IMG/VR virus record: IMGVR_UViG_3300027608_000002
Location: 1-56,191 of that record
DNA length: 56,191 bases
Source: a virus
Taxonomy: Duplodnaviria; Caudoviricetes
Strand: one strand, 5' to 3'
This document shows, piece by piece, positions 45,401 through 54,961 of the stretch. The number at the start of each line of letters is the position of its first letter. The first letter of the stretch is position 1. The notes under the pieces were generated by a model that saw nothing but the letters and a program-made list of their open reading frames with translations, searched no databases and was not told where the DNA came from. The position numbers were made by a program, and so were the translations under genes.

Positions 45401-47535
45401 TATGGAGTGTACCCTTGTATAATTGAACCGTACCAATTAGTACCGTCAGCGATAAAAGTAAGGATGTCCATTTTGCCTGCGGTTGCAGTGATTGTAGGTG
45501 CGCCAGCAGAACTCCATTTAACAGAAGTAAATGTTGCCGTGCCATTGCCTGTTGTTGCGGCTTGCTTCAGCAATAGCACAAACGATTTACCAGCAGTAGC
45601 TGTTGGCATTGTAAACGTACAAGCTGTTGAGGCCGTCAACGTAGCCGTTTGCACCGTGCCGTTGGTCAACGCGAGAGTGTTAGAGCTAGTTACCGTACCG
45701 ATAGCGACCACGCTTTCAACGTAGTTTGTAACCGTAGGGTTATTGACCGTTGGGCTTGTCGCAAGAACAACCGAGCCTGTGCCTGTCGCGGTGGAGAAGT
45801 CGGTGTAACCCGCTTCCCAACTTGCGGCAGTTGTCCCAGAAGTGAGGATGCATGTACACATTACGGTCGTGCCAGGAAGAACCGTGATGACAAGATTTGC
45901 GCCGGATGAATTGACCGTCAAATTGCCAGTGCTGTTGTTGACAATATGGAACGTCCATCCAGTAGCCAACGTGCTTGTCACAGGCAACGTGATTGTCTGC
46001 GTAGTTGCACCTGTAAAATACTGGAAATAGGTGCTTGTGTTGGTCAGAGTGGTTGTCGCACCCGCAGTCGCGGTGCTTGTGAACGTGGTCAGGTTTGTCA
46101 AGGCGGCGTTGGCGGTTGTTGCGCCTGTGCCGCCGGAAGCAACTGGCAAAGGTGTGCTGAGTGTTACAGTACCGGATGCGGAAATCCGCATACGTTCTAT
46201 GCCATTGGTGTAAAAAGTTTGAACCGCTGCCGCAGGAACGGAGGAGAATCTAAATTCAGTTGGGGAACCTACAATTGTCGCTTGTTGAGTAGTTCCATCA
46301 TTATTATAAAAATACATAAGCCCTAAATTATCAGAAGAACGACCATTGACGGCTATTGCTAAACCAGATGCAGAGGCAGCTACGACATTCAAAGGCCCAG
46401 ACGGCGAGGCTGTACCAATCCCGACATTGCCACCAAAGTAGTTTGTCGCAGTTCCGTTTGCATAAAAATTGTATTTGTTTGCAGCAGAAGCGAGGTCGCT
46501 GTAAAAACCGTAAGAGTTTGTAACAGTTGCCGCGCCATTTGAACCAAGTGTGCTGTTTGCTTTAAAACCATATTGATTTGTTGCCGTAGAACCCGCCCCA
46601 CCCGATGGCGGGTTTGCGAGGAAGTGAACAAGGTCTGTCGTTGTGAAAGAAGCGTTTTCAAGAGCAATATTTGAGAAATAAGCTGCCGCAAGAGTAGTCA
46701 CGTCTGATTGGACGTTGCCATTAATGCGCTGACCGTAAGCAGAGGTTGCGCCTGTTATATCTAACGGAACAGCAAGACCAATGAATGTAGTTGCATTTCC
46801 GCCAAATCCCCAATTCCCTGTTGTTCCGATTGTTCCAGCCGTAACAGCACCATTGTTGCCGACTTTAAAAAGAATTTTATCTGTCGTTCCCGCACCAGAA
46901 GTTGACTGAAGCGTGAGCGTAGAACTTGCTGTCGTCCCACCAATAAGAAGCGGTGTTGTCAGCGAGGTTGTCAGCGTTGGAGAAGCCGAATAAGAAGGCG
47001 CAACACCGACCCCACCAGAGATCAAAATGGACCCGACCGCAACATCAGCAAGTTTTGCCAAAGTTGTTGTGGTGTTCGCATAAAGCAAATCGCCAACGGC
47101 AAAACTTGATTGGCCTGTGCCTCCATTGGCCGCAACAAGCGTTCCCGCAACCGTCACAGCACCAGTTGTTGCTGTGGATGGCGTAAAACCTGTTGTGCCA
47201 AATGTAATAGAAGTTACAGCGGCAGTAGATGGAACAGCACCCCAAGATGGTGCTCCGCTCGTTGTTGCTATAAGCACTTGACCCGTTGTACCAGCCGCAG
47301 TTACTCCCAATGCGCTTGTTGTATTGCCATAAATAACGCCATTGGCTGTAAACGTGGTGTTGCCAGTTCCGCCAATGGAAACCGGAAATGGCAAATTTCC
47401 GCCCTGTCCGTTTGCGAGGCTAACGATCTGGCCAGTCGTGATTGATTTCGAAGTGCCAGATTGAACCCCGAGAAGTTGTTCCGTGCCGTCGATCGAGACC
47501 GCTTGCGGGAGATTTGGAATGGTAATATTGGCCAT
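45400..47535 (-). CDS. Long tail fibre protein
   Basis: T/A/G-rich; V..GGTG repeats, GNVGIGT.SP, ERMRI. Confidence 0.75.
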   Translation of the reverse strand: MANITIPNLPQAVSIDGTEQLLGVQSGTSKSITTGQIVSLANGQGGNLPFPVSIGGTGNTTFTANGVIYGNTTSALGVTAAGTTGQVLIATTSGAPSWGAVPSTAAVTSITFGTTGFTPSTATTGAVTVAGTLVAANGGTGQSSFAVGDLLYANTTTTLAKLADVAVGSILISGGVGVAPSYSASPTLTTSLTTPLLIGGTTASSTLTLQSTSGAGTTDKILFKVGNNGAVTAGTIGTTGNWGFGGNATTFIGLAVPLDITGATSAYGQRINGNVQSDVTTLAAAYFSNIALENASFTTTDLVHFLANPPSGGAGSTATNQYGFKANSTLGSNGAATVTNSYGFYSDLASAANKYNFYANGTATNYFGGNVGIGTASPSGPLNVVAASASGLAIAVNGRSSDNLGLMYFYNNDGTTQQATIVGSPTEFRFSSVPAAAVQTFYTNGIERMRISASGTVTLSTPLPVASGGTGATTANAALTNLTTFTSTATAGATTTLTNTSTYFQYFTGATTQTITLPVTSTLATGWTFHIVNNSTGNLTVNSSGANLVITVLPGTTVMCTCILTSGTTAASWEAGYTDFSTATGTGSVVLATSPTVNNPTVTNYVESVVAIGTVTSSNTLALTNGTVQTATLTASTACTFTMPTATAGKSFVLLLKQAATTGNGTATFTSVKWSSAGAPTITATAGKMDILTFIADGTNWYGSIIQGYTP

Positions 47536-47537
47536 GA

Positions 47538-48263
47538 TTAAATCCCCGTCTGAGGTATTTGAGCGTAGTTGTATGGGAGGCCAACGAGCGCAGTTTTCAC
47601 GAGCGTTGTTGACTGAAGCAAGCTGTCTGCCGGAATGTCAACGTTCGCCTGATAGGAGAACTGCGTGGCAGAGCCCACCGTGACGCTGTAAAAACCATCC
47701 GCGTTATTGTTAGACAGCCCATTGACAGCGACTTGGTCGTCCGTAGCCAATCCGTGAGCTGAAGAAAATGTCATGGTCACGGTGCGCGTCCCTGTTGATA
47801 TAACGGACAACGGAGACAAAATCACTCCGTACTCAACGGTTCCATTTAACGGCATAATTGCGTTTTGATCAAGCCCTATTGGTGGACCGAGAACTTGAGA
47901 AGTTTGAAAATTTCCGTTTTGATCAACGATTTTTGTTGTCGTTGGGATCGGAATGCCCGTGAACGGGTCGTAAACTGTTGGTGCCGAAATCGTGATGAAA
48001 TCAGTTTCCGCCGTCGCATAATCCTGCGTACGAGGGTTCTGGATTGGAACCGGATCCGCAGGAACAATGATCGCACGGAGTTGGTTCTGCGGAGTGTCAT
48101 TGCAAGGGTTGCAAACGAGGATCCGCTTGTTGATCAGGCTCGCGCCAGCGAAGTCGAACTGCCATTGAAGCCGCGAATGATTGTACAAGAAACCGCAACG
48201 ATCGCAAATCGCGAACGCTTGAGGGCTTCTTGACGATACTGCTGCGCGGCCATGAGGTCTCAC
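47538..48263 (-). CDS. Virion-associated protein with N-terminal CxxC..CxxC Zn finger and beta-rich C-terminus
   Basis: GTG at 48263 overlapping upstream TGA; AICDRCGF..VCNPC.D.PQ. Confidence 0.65.
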   Translation of the reverse strand: MRPHGRAAVSSRSPQAFAICDRCGFLYNHSRLQWQFDFAGASLINKRILVCNPCNDTPQNQLRAIIVPADPVPIQNPRTQDYATAETDFITISAPTVYDPFTGIPIPTTTKIVDQNGNFQTSQVLGPPIGLDQNAIMPLNGTVEYGVILSPLSVISTGTRTVTMTFSSAHGLATDDQVAVNGLSNNNADGFYSVTVGSATQFSYQANVDIPADSLLQSTTLVKTALVGLPYNYAQIPQTGI

Positions 48264-48979
48264 CTGAAATACCCTGAAATCATTGGAGAGATGTATTGTT
48301 GAGCCTGTTCGACGTTTTGTTCCGCCGCAACCGCATATGATTCGTCCGCCAATGGCTTCAGCAACATTGCCTTCTGCGGGTTCCAAATGATAGCGAGCCG
48401 TTGCGCAAGAGCGTAGGCATATGCCTCCATCCACAAATAAGGGATCTCGACCGTCTGACCGTTTGTCAATGCGCTGTCCTGAATTTGACGAACGCAATAA
48501 TACTTCAAGTTTTGTGCGCTCGTTCCGTCCGGAACAGGCCAAATAGTGACCGATGGGCCAGCCGATCCGGTCGAGCGGTTTGCCGAGATCAATCGATCGA
48601 ACCAATAAGTCGTCGGGAAACCTTGCTGTTCTTTGTTCGGGTAGGACGCATATTCACTGCGGCTGACAGGGAGGATGATGCGGTCGATCGGGTTGCCGTC
48701 GCCATTGTCAATCTGAACGTAAGCATCCAAAACCATGACGGTGTTTTGATCAACCGCATAAACCGACTGTCCCTCGACCAACGGCTCCGTGATAAGATCA
48801 ACACACCAAAGGTTCACTCCACGGTTCGACCAGTTGCTCAGGACCATGTTGGAGGCCATACGGGCCGATTCCATGTGCTCCTGAGCAATCGCCGTGTTCC
48901 GAACCTCGCAGAGGTTGAACGCATAGAGCGTCAACTCACCGAGCGACGGATTGAATGCGTATGTGCCGCTCGTTGCCAT
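48260..48979 (-). CDS. Head-tail connector / tail tubular-A-like protein
   Basis: MATSGTYAF, W.NRG.NLW, SRSEY...PNK..G.P, WPVPD. Confidence 0.7.
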   Translation of the reverse strand: MATSGTYAFNPSLGELTLYAFNLCEVRNTAIAQEHMESARMASNMVLSNWSNRGVNLWCVDLITEPLVEGQSVYAVDQNTVMVLDAYVQIDNGDGNPIDRIILPVSRSEYASYPNKEQQGFPTTYWFDRLISANRSTGSAGPSVTIWPVPDGTSAQNLKYYCVRQIQDSALTNGQTVEIPYLWMEAYAYALAQRLAIIWNPQKAMLLKPLADESYAVAAEQNVEQAQQYISPMISGYFR

Positions 48980-48996
48980 GACAAACTTGCCTTAAA

Positions 48997-49677
48997 TTAG
49001 AAGGAAACCATGCCAGATTGATTGAAGTTAACATGGACAGAAGCAGATGTATTCGACCCAGCATTGCTGATCAAGCAACGAATCATGTTTGGAACACCTG
49101 CTTGGTTGGCGTTCTGAGCACTTGTCGCGGAAACCAAAGCTGCTGTTCCTGAATTAACCCACCGCGTATCAGCATAATTTTCAGTTCCGATGCCAAGCTG
49201 GGCATTGTTTGGGTTATCGCCGGAAAGCTGAATGGTGTAAGTTATTGCGGCAGATCCGCCAGTATCGGTCTGGATATAAGTGCTGCTGTCGGCGTAAGTA
49301 TCCAAAAACACTGGGCGACTCGATGCAACAGCGTTTGTTCCGATGCTTACGTTCCCCGCAGACGCGCCAGAGGCCACGACTGAAGTAACCGTTTTGAAAT
49401 CATAATCTGTGTAAGCTGTCGTTGCGTTTGCTCCCGTCAGAACTTCGCTCGCTGGCATATTGTTCCAGTCCGTCCCAGTGACGGTAAACGTTATCCCGCT
49501 ATCGTTTCCCGTAGAGGTGAACAATACACGCCGAGGTTGATCCAATGTAGCCGTTCCGCTACTGACCAAAGAACCATTCAAAGTAACTGTTCCAGCCGCT
49601 GAAATGGTCGATGCCGTGCGGATATTTGTTGCGCTTGGGGCGGTATAAGGACCACAAATGATTTTTACAGAACGCAT
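48997..49677 (-). CDS. Beta-rich virion structural protein
   Basis: ATG 49677; FTVTGTD..SEV.....FKTVTSV. Confidence 0.65.
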   Translation of the reverse strand: MRSVKIICGPYTAPSATNIRTASTISAAGTVTLNGSLVSSGTATLDQPRRVLFTSTGNDSGITFTVTGTDWNNMPASEVLTGANATTAYTDYDFKTVTSVVASGASAGNVSIGTNAVASSRPVFLDTYADSSTYIQTDTGGSAAITYTIQLSGDNPNNAQLGIGTENYADTRWVNSGTAALVSATSAQNANQAGVPNMIRCLISNAGSNTSASVHVNFNQSGMVSF

Positions 49678-49678
49678 T

Positions 49679-49921
49679 TTAGCAACCCCATTTCCTGAGA
49701 GATTTATTGATCCTACTATCAGGATCGGCGGCAGTGGCAGCACCTGTCATTTTACGTTTCATGCCAGTCATGCGTTCGCAAAAACTTTTGTGACGCGGGT
49801 TATCCGCATCTTTTGTCGGGGCTTTTAGGTTATGACCTTCGGCTCGAGCAGAGGCTCGACCTTTTTCATTTAGCCCACCAGACGGAGATTTGCCTTCAGA
49901 TCGTGTCCATGCCGCGGTCAT
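49679..49921 (-). CDS. Small basic conserved phage protein (DUF6321-like)
   Basis: AWTRSEGK.PSGGLN.KGRAS..SFC.RM..SRINKSLRKW.C. Confidence 0.7.
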   Translation of the reverse strand: MTAAWTRSEGKSPSGGLNEKGRASARAEGHNLKAPTKDADNPRHKSFCERMTGMKRKMTGAATAADPDSRINKSLRKWGC

Positions 49922-49937
49922 GCAAACCTCCTAATGG

Positions 49938-49961
49938 AAGAAAGGGGAGCCGAAGCTCCCC
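49938..49961 (-). terminator. Intrinsic terminator
   Basis: GGGGAGC-TTCG-GCTCCCC then TTTCTT on - strand. Confidence 0.75.
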
Positions 49962-49968
49962 CGACTTT

Positions 49969-50241
49969 TTAGCATTCAAGACCAGAGCGGCCCTTTGGAG
50001 CCGTTCCGCTAGCAGCAGACGAGAGCGGGTTCATGTTTGAACCTGTGCGCCCACCCGCCTTGCGTGGCATCCGGTCAGCGCGAGGCATTGATTTGCCGCC
50101 CATTGCCTTGCCACCATGCTTCTTGGCTTTGGCTTCTTTCACGACGTTGCTGGATCCGCCAGCATAGGCGTCGGATGGAGCCATATCCATTGCAAAATTC
50201 CCTTTCTTAGGGGAGTTCATTTTACCCTTATGACCCTTCAT
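49969..50241 (-). CDS. Small basic xxGG-containing late protein
   Basis: 90 aa, K/G/M-rich; KHGG, AMGG, KAGG. Confidence 0.7.
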   Translation of the reverse strand: MKGHKGKMNSPKKGNFAMDMAPSDAYAGGSSNVVKEAKAKKHGGKAMGGKSMPRADRMPRKAGGRTGSNMNPLSSAASGTAPKGRSGLEC

Positions 50242-50252
50242 GGCCCTAATCC

Positions 50253-51404
50253 TTATGCTTGAGTTACACCGAACAGGCCCGTGGTGGAACCCATGTTGGC
50301 TGGAAGAACAAACTGGCGAATAGCAAGCCGCTTTGACGCATCCGTTGCAGATTGCACGGCGTAGGTTCCACGAACATCACCTGTGGTTGTTGTTGCAGGA
50401 CTTGTGGTCACTGCCGCAACATATCCCGTGGTCGCTGTAATTGCAGCAGCATTGTAGTTTATGGCTAAATCGCTGAAGAAATTAGAGAGAAGTGGGAGAC
50501 CAAAGATATCCGTTGTGCCAACGCTATAAGTAATTGCATTTGTAACGTTAGGAGTTACAGAAGCAATATACTTAAATGCTTTTTTGCCGTTGGTTGTGGT
50601 AGCTGTCGACGTGCTTGTCGGTACAGTAATTGCTTCACTCATTGGTACGCCATAAATGTCGTAACCAGAAACAGTAAAGATAACTGCCGCCGTTGATGTA
50701 CCAGAAACTGGAACAATGCTAACCGCACGGGAAACAAGAGCCTGTGGGTTCCAAAGATAAACGGAATTAGTATCGCCAAAGGGCTGTCCAAAAGCGTTTG
50801 GCCCCAAGGCGGCTTGTCCCGTTATCGTTGTGGAACCAACAGTGTCGTCCCCAGCAACCGTATAAGTTCCGGCTCCACCAGGAGGACCAGTAAGTTGGTT
50901 CACCACGGTAGTTCCAGAATTTACGCCAGTTCCAGTCAGTGTCATCCCGATCGTAATCGCCCCAGTCACGGACGATGCTGTCAGAATGCTACTTGCCACC
51001 ACACCCGTGAAGGATGTGAAACCATCAAGCAACAAAAGGCCAGTCACCGTTGAACCAGTATTAAAGTTGATGCACGATGCGTTGACTGAAACACCTGTTG
51101 TCGTCGAGTTTGTCGAAACAAGTGTCATCGCCGTACTGGCCGTGGTTGCTGCGGCTGCTGCGATTGCAGCAGCCCCAAGAGCGTAAGGAGCAGAACTGAT
51201 GGTCTGTGTATCCGAGGTTGCAAAACCAGCGGTAAATGCACCGAAGTTTTGGCCTGGGACGTAGTTGAAGTTAGGACGAGGGTCAATTCGGCCTACCCCA
51301 CCCCAAAAGAGGGATGGGCCAAGCTGTGGGTTGTAATCCGTCACGTTTCCAATGGTGTTCTGACCAAAAGAGATTACGGGACCGGAGAATGCTGAAATAG
51401 CCAT
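50253..51404 (-). CDS. Virion structural (decoration-like) protein
   Basis: Directly after MCP; T/A-rich; GKKAFKYI, GDVRGTY. Confidence 0.65.
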   Translation of the reverse strand: MAISAFSGPVISFGQNTIGNVTDYNPQLGPSLFWGGVGRIDPRPNFNYVPGQNFGAFTAGFATSDTQTISSAPYALGAAAIAAAAATTASTAMTLVSTNSTTTGVSVNASCINFNTGSTVTGLLLLDGFTSFTGVVASSILTASSVTGAITIGMTLTGTGVNSGTTVVNQLTGPPGGAGTYTVAGDDTVGSTTITGQAALGPNAFGQPFGDTNSVYLWNPQALVSRAVSIVPVSGTSTAAVIFTVSGYDIYGVPMSEAITVPTSTSTATTTNGKKAFKYIASVTPNVTNAITYSVGTTDIFGLPLLSNFFSDLAINYNAAAITATTGYVAAVTTSPATTTTGDVRGTYAVQSATDASKRLAIRQFVLPANMGSTTGLFGVTQA

Positions 51405-51422
51405 GTTGCAGTCTCCTGTTGA

Positions 51423-52337
51423 TTACGAGGTTGGAAAGGAGCCGAAGATCGAACGCCAGTTGTAGTAACCGAAAGAATAACGCTCGTAACCCTTAACCAA
51501 CAGGTTGTCAGTGACAAAGTCTACCTGAAGATCGGTTTCGAACTTTACACGTTCCATGTACGACAGACCATCGATGTTAGTCAGCAAGAACCAAGCATAA
51601 GCCGAGGTCAAGAAATCGTTGACCATGTAGCCTTCGCTGAGTCCGCCAGCCGTTGAAAGCAGGGCATTAACATCATTATCTGCCGTGCCTGGGCGCAATT
51701 CTGTCTTTGTCAGACGGATTGCAACAGGCTCCAACTGAGGAGGAACAACCAACTTACGACCGCGTGCGAACACCTTCAATCCGGCCTGATCTTTAAAGTT
51801 TGTCCGGATCCCGATCATTGCGTTCAAGAGCGTAGCTTCATTAAGGTCAACTTGAACCGTTGGGGTGTTAGCAACCGTGCTGCCATCGATCGGATGTGCC
51901 GTGGAGCAAAGTGCTACACCGTCACCGCCAATTGAAGCGTTGTAGGTCGTTGCCGTATTCAAGACGTTTGCGCCATAGATTTCCTTGGTCTGGTGGAAAG
52001 ATTCCGTCAGGCCGAGGTTGGATGGTTGGAACTGAGTCTTGTAGAGGTTGTCATCGATCGCCTTGCGGGTGATCGCGTAACCGAGAGCAATTTCAGTGTG
52101 CTCTTGATTGTAGATGAACCGTTCACCAGCTCCCGAATCAAATGCAGTCTGACCACCTTCGGTCTTTAACTGCGCAAGGCCGAGGTAACGCATTTCAGCG
52201 GTACGCTCGAGAGCCATTTTTGAATCGTGCTTAGTGAAGATCTTGTCGTACTGAGATGGGATCATCTCGTACTTGCCTTCTACGCCCCGAAGTCCAGGGA
52301 GGAGAAGGTCTCGGATCTGTGAGAGATTAACAGCCAT
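51423..52337 (-). CDS. Major capsid protein (Mu gpT-like)
   Basis: LLLPGL, K.EG....D, ALGYAIT.KAIDDNLY, GDG.AL.S.AHP, L.VPP.L, ERYSFG..NWR. Confidence 0.88.
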   Translation of the reverse strand: MAVNLSQIRDLLLPGLRGVEGKYEMIPSQYDKIFTKHDSKMALERTAEMRYLGLAQLKTEGGQTAFDSGAGERFIYNQEHTEIALGYAITRKAIDDNLYKTQFQPSNLGLTESFHQTKEIYGANVLNTATTYNASIGGDGVALCSTAHPIDGSTVANTPTVQVDLNEATLLNAMIGIRTNFKDQAGLKVFARGRKLVVPPQLEPVAIRLTKTELRPGTADNDVNALLSTAGGLSEGYMVNDFLTSAYAWFLLTNIDGLSYMERVKFETDLQVDFVTDNLLVKGYERYSFGYYNWRSIFGSFPTS

Positions 52338-52350
52338 GATACCTTACTCC

Positions 52351-52974
52351 TCAGCTAATGCCAGTTGGGCCTGCACCGTTCGACCGGAAGATTTCATTAT
52401 TAAATCCGACGATGACATTGCAGTACTGGGTTGTTGGATCACCGCCGTTGCTACCGCTAATCTGGTAATCAACAACAATGAATGGGAACGTGACGGTTGT
52501 CGCGACGGACGAAAGGTATGCGCCTGAACGACCTGTCGAGGTATTGCCTGAACCGATTGTGAACTGTGCGTACTGACCAATGATGCCCGAAGTCATCGTG
52601 GTAGCTGTGCCAGTCATTGGTGCGCCCGAAAAGCTCGTCTGGACAAGGAACCTTACGCTTGGATCATCAATGACGTAGGCTTCTACGTCACCAGTGGCTC
52701 CAGAACCTGGCCAATAAGACGACCAAACTGTGCGGCCAAGTGAAGTGTTGAGGTATTTGCAACCAACAAAAATACCATCAAGACGGGTTGTACCAGCGGC
52801 ACCCTGAGTGATGTAGCCGTTAGCAGTGCTAACAACAGGCATTACGGGGTCGCCAGTGTAAATGGGTGTCGTGTTACCAGAAGCGATTCGGCGAGCTGAC
52901 TGTGCAAAAGTCGGAGCTCCACCTGCGCCACCCTGATACTGCGTAAAACCGAAATAGGCAGCAGTGTTTGCCAT
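52351..52974 (-). CDS. Capsid decoration/cement protein
   Basis: MAN..A.FGF, IYTGDPV, GIFVGC.Y, V.DDP; immediately upstream of MCP. Confidence 0.65.
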   Translation of the reverse strand: MANTAAYFGFTQYQGGAGGAPTFAQSARRIASGNTTPIYTGDPVMPVVSTANGYITQGAAGTTRLDGIFVGCKYLNTSLGRTVWSSYWPGSGATGDVEAYVIDDPSVRFLVQTSFSGAPMTGTATTMTSGIIGQYAQFTIGSGNTSTGRSGAYLSSVATTVTFPFIVVDYQISGSNGGDPTTQYCNVIVGFNNEIFRSNGAGPTGIS

Positions 52975-53068
52975 GACGGGATTCTCCTCTCAGAGAGTTT
53001 CCATCATCGCACACCGAGGCGACTGTGAAACGGGACAAAATCGAATCTCCCACACCGAGGGGAGAGCA
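52975..53068 (-). promoter_or_regulatory. Structured 5' leader with two hairpins sharing the loop CUCGGUGU
   Basis: Hairpins 53046-53065 and 53006-53023, identical 8-nt loops on different stems. Confidence 0.7.
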
Positions 53069-53090
53069 ACACATACCATAGACTATTTTT

Positions 53091-53121
53091 AAGAAAAGAA
53101 AAGGGGGTAGGTGCCCCCTTT
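53091..53121 (-). terminator. Intrinsic terminator
   Basis: AAAGGGGG-CACCTA-CCCCCTTT then TCTTTTCTT on - strand. Confidence 0.7.
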
Positions 53122-53132
53122 AATTTATGCCG

Positions 53133-53642
53133 TTAATCGTTAGGAATTGGCATAGGTTCATAGGTATTTTTGATCTTTGGAGCAACGCGAGAATCATTGC
53201 GAGCCAATAGACCTTTTGTTGAATCAAGCTGTGTTTCCTTGATCCGAACCTGTTGCCGTGCGTTCTTGTAGTCGATGTTGCGAACTTCTTGCGTAATTTC
53301 AGCCGGACGTTCGCATAACACCATGCCTTCGCGCTCAATTGCACCTGAATGCCCTTTTGGCATCATATGCATGTGCCGACTGACATCAACAGGATCCCAA
53401 CCAGTTCGAGCCATCATGCTCATGTAGGTAGGATCCTCCCAACCCATGACAGTGCGGCGTTTCCACTCGTAAGACCACCCTTCAGGAGCCGGAGGAGTAG
53501 CAAATTTATCTTGCCCTTCATCCAGATCGCCAATGTGGTCGCGCAATTCAACCGCACGCTTGGCGGCGCGAGACCTTGAGTCTTCAGTGCGAATCTCAGG
53601 AGCACGCATGTCCGGACGTTCCAAATCTTTAGCTGTTCTCAT
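53133..53642 (-). CDS. Conserved head-module protein
   Basis: PEGWSYEWKR..G.ED...GW.PV...G..LCERP; between scaffold and capsid genes. Confidence 0.7.
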   Translation of the reverse strand: MRTAKDLERPDMRAPEIRTEDSRSRAAKRAVELRDHIGDLDEGQDKFATPPAPEGWSYEWKRRTVMGWEDPTYMSMMARTGWDPVDVSRHMHMMPKGHSGAIEREGMVLCERPAEITQEVRNIDYKNARQQVRIKETQLDSTKGLLARNDSRVAPKIKNTYEPMPIPND

Positions 53643-53658
53643 AATATCCTCCTAAAAG

Positions 53659-54552
53659 TTACAGTTTGCCTTCTCTGACGAGGGCAAGTTTGTTGTTGGC
53701 GTACTCGCGATCGGTCATTCCCATGTCTCGTGCGTATTCACGCTCGTCTTTTGACAGGCTTACAACGCCAGGTCTTGTTGCCGAAGTGCCTCCAGAACGC
53801 GAAACAGGTGCGGCGGGAGGCGCAGAACGCCGTTGTGTAGGTGCCGCCGCCGCGGACAACGCCGATTCCTGTAAATCGTCACGATATATTGGCGCAATAC
53901 GAAGAGTTTGCTCGACATGCGAGAAATAATCGTCCGTATCAGGCTGTAAACCGTCTGCTATAGCAATGCCGTGAGCCTTCACCATCTTATCGTAGAGGGT
54001 TGGGTTGCGTGCATACTCTGGATGAGACCGAACCCAGTCCGCAGACTTTGGCGTAAGGCTCGAAGCAAGCGATTCCACAGGATCCGCGTGCCGTATTGGC
54101 TCCTGAGCCTGTCTTTGTGCCTCGTATTCGTACCTTTGTTTGCCAGTTTGAAGCTCACGAAGGTCAAATCTAGCCTGATCCATGTTTGTTTGAATGTCAG
54201 CCGCGGAGTCATAGTCACCCGCCGCCATCGCATCTCGAAGATTTTGCTTTAAAATCTCCGAATTGCGCTTAACCGTCTCAATTGCATTGTCAATCAAACG
54301 AACATTTGTGTCTGCAACGTCTGTTTTTGCTTGAAAAGCCTCTTGTGAAGCTGTCCTAAGCCTGTTTTCAGCGTCAATACGGGCATTTTTCTCTGCTTCG
54401 AGCTTTGCTTTAAGGTCTGCAATGCCATCTTCTGCGGACAATTCGTCTTTTTTAGAAACTTCGGGCTCATCGACAATAATTAATTCATTGTCTTTCTCAG
54501 AATCCAAAGGTTCTAAATCAACTTCAAGATCAAGTTCTTGTTGCTTTTGCAT
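53659..54552 (-). CDS. Putative scaffolding protein
   Basis: Acidic N-terminus, coiled coil, C-terminal LS.DE...A..MGMT..EYA. Confidence 0.7.
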   Translation of the reverse strand: MQKQQELDLEVDLEPLDSEKDNELIIVDEPEVSKKDELSAEDGIADLKAKLEAEKNARIDAENRLRTASQEAFQAKTDVADTNVRLIDNAIETVKRNSEILKQNLRDAMAAGDYDSAADIQTNMDQARFDLRELQTGKQRYEYEAQRQAQEPIRHADPVESLASSLTPKSADWVRSHPEYARNPTLYDKMVKAHGIAIADGLQPDTDDYFSHVEQTLRIAPIYRDDLQESALSAAAAPTQRRSAPPAAPVSRSGGTSATRPGVVSLSKDEREYARDMGMTDREYANNKLALVREGKL

Positions 54553-54561
54553 TTTGGCTCC

Positions 54562-54960
54562 TTACCAAATCTTATCAGGCGATTGCGACTTGATGCGCAT
54601 TTTGACGCTCACATCATCGAGGATCCGGCAAGGTTGGCCGTTCACAGACACCGCCCAACCATCGGAAGGACGGAAAACAACCCAGTCTCCCACCGAGAAA
54701 GAAGCGTTCGCAAACCACTTTCCTTCGCTATCAATAAAAGCATCCGGACCTTTTTTAATAATAAGGCCAACTTTACCCTGATAACGATCTTCATCGATCG
54801 TCTTGTCGGTTAAAATAATGCCACTTTTGGTCTTTTGAGGACGAACATAGATTGCAACAAGAACTTGCGTGTTAAACATTTCAATATCCGAAATGTCTCC
54901 TACGTTTTCTATAAGTTCTTGTTTAGGATCCTGATCGTGGTTCATAATCATCGGGGGCAT
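54562..54960 (-). CDS. groES: Co-chaperonin GroES-like protein
   Basis: KTKSGIIL mobile loop, G.IIKKGP, VGDWVVF, RILDD; ATG 54960 with GAGGG SD. Confidence 0.85.
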   Translation of the reverse strand: MPPMIMNHDQDPKQELIENVGDISDIEMFNTQVLVAIYVRPQKTKSGIILTDKTIDEDRYQGKVGLIIKKGPDAFIDSEGKWFANASFSVGDWVVFRPSDGWAVSVNGQPCRILDDVSVKMRIKSQSPDKIW

Positions 54961-54961
54961 T

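Noticed and set aside
44540-47535. GG-rich tail proteins as members of the xxGG system
   Set aside because: Their glycines are poly-G runs and V..GGTG fibre repeats, without the basic or aromatic context or domain-boundary placement.
42439-47535. Diversity-generating retroelement at the tail fibres
   Set aside because: No reverse transcriptase and no TR/VR repeat pair seen.
52975-53068. tRNA or a named riboswitch
   Set aside because: No cloverleaf or T-loop and no aptamer consensus that I recognise; reported as an unclassified leader.
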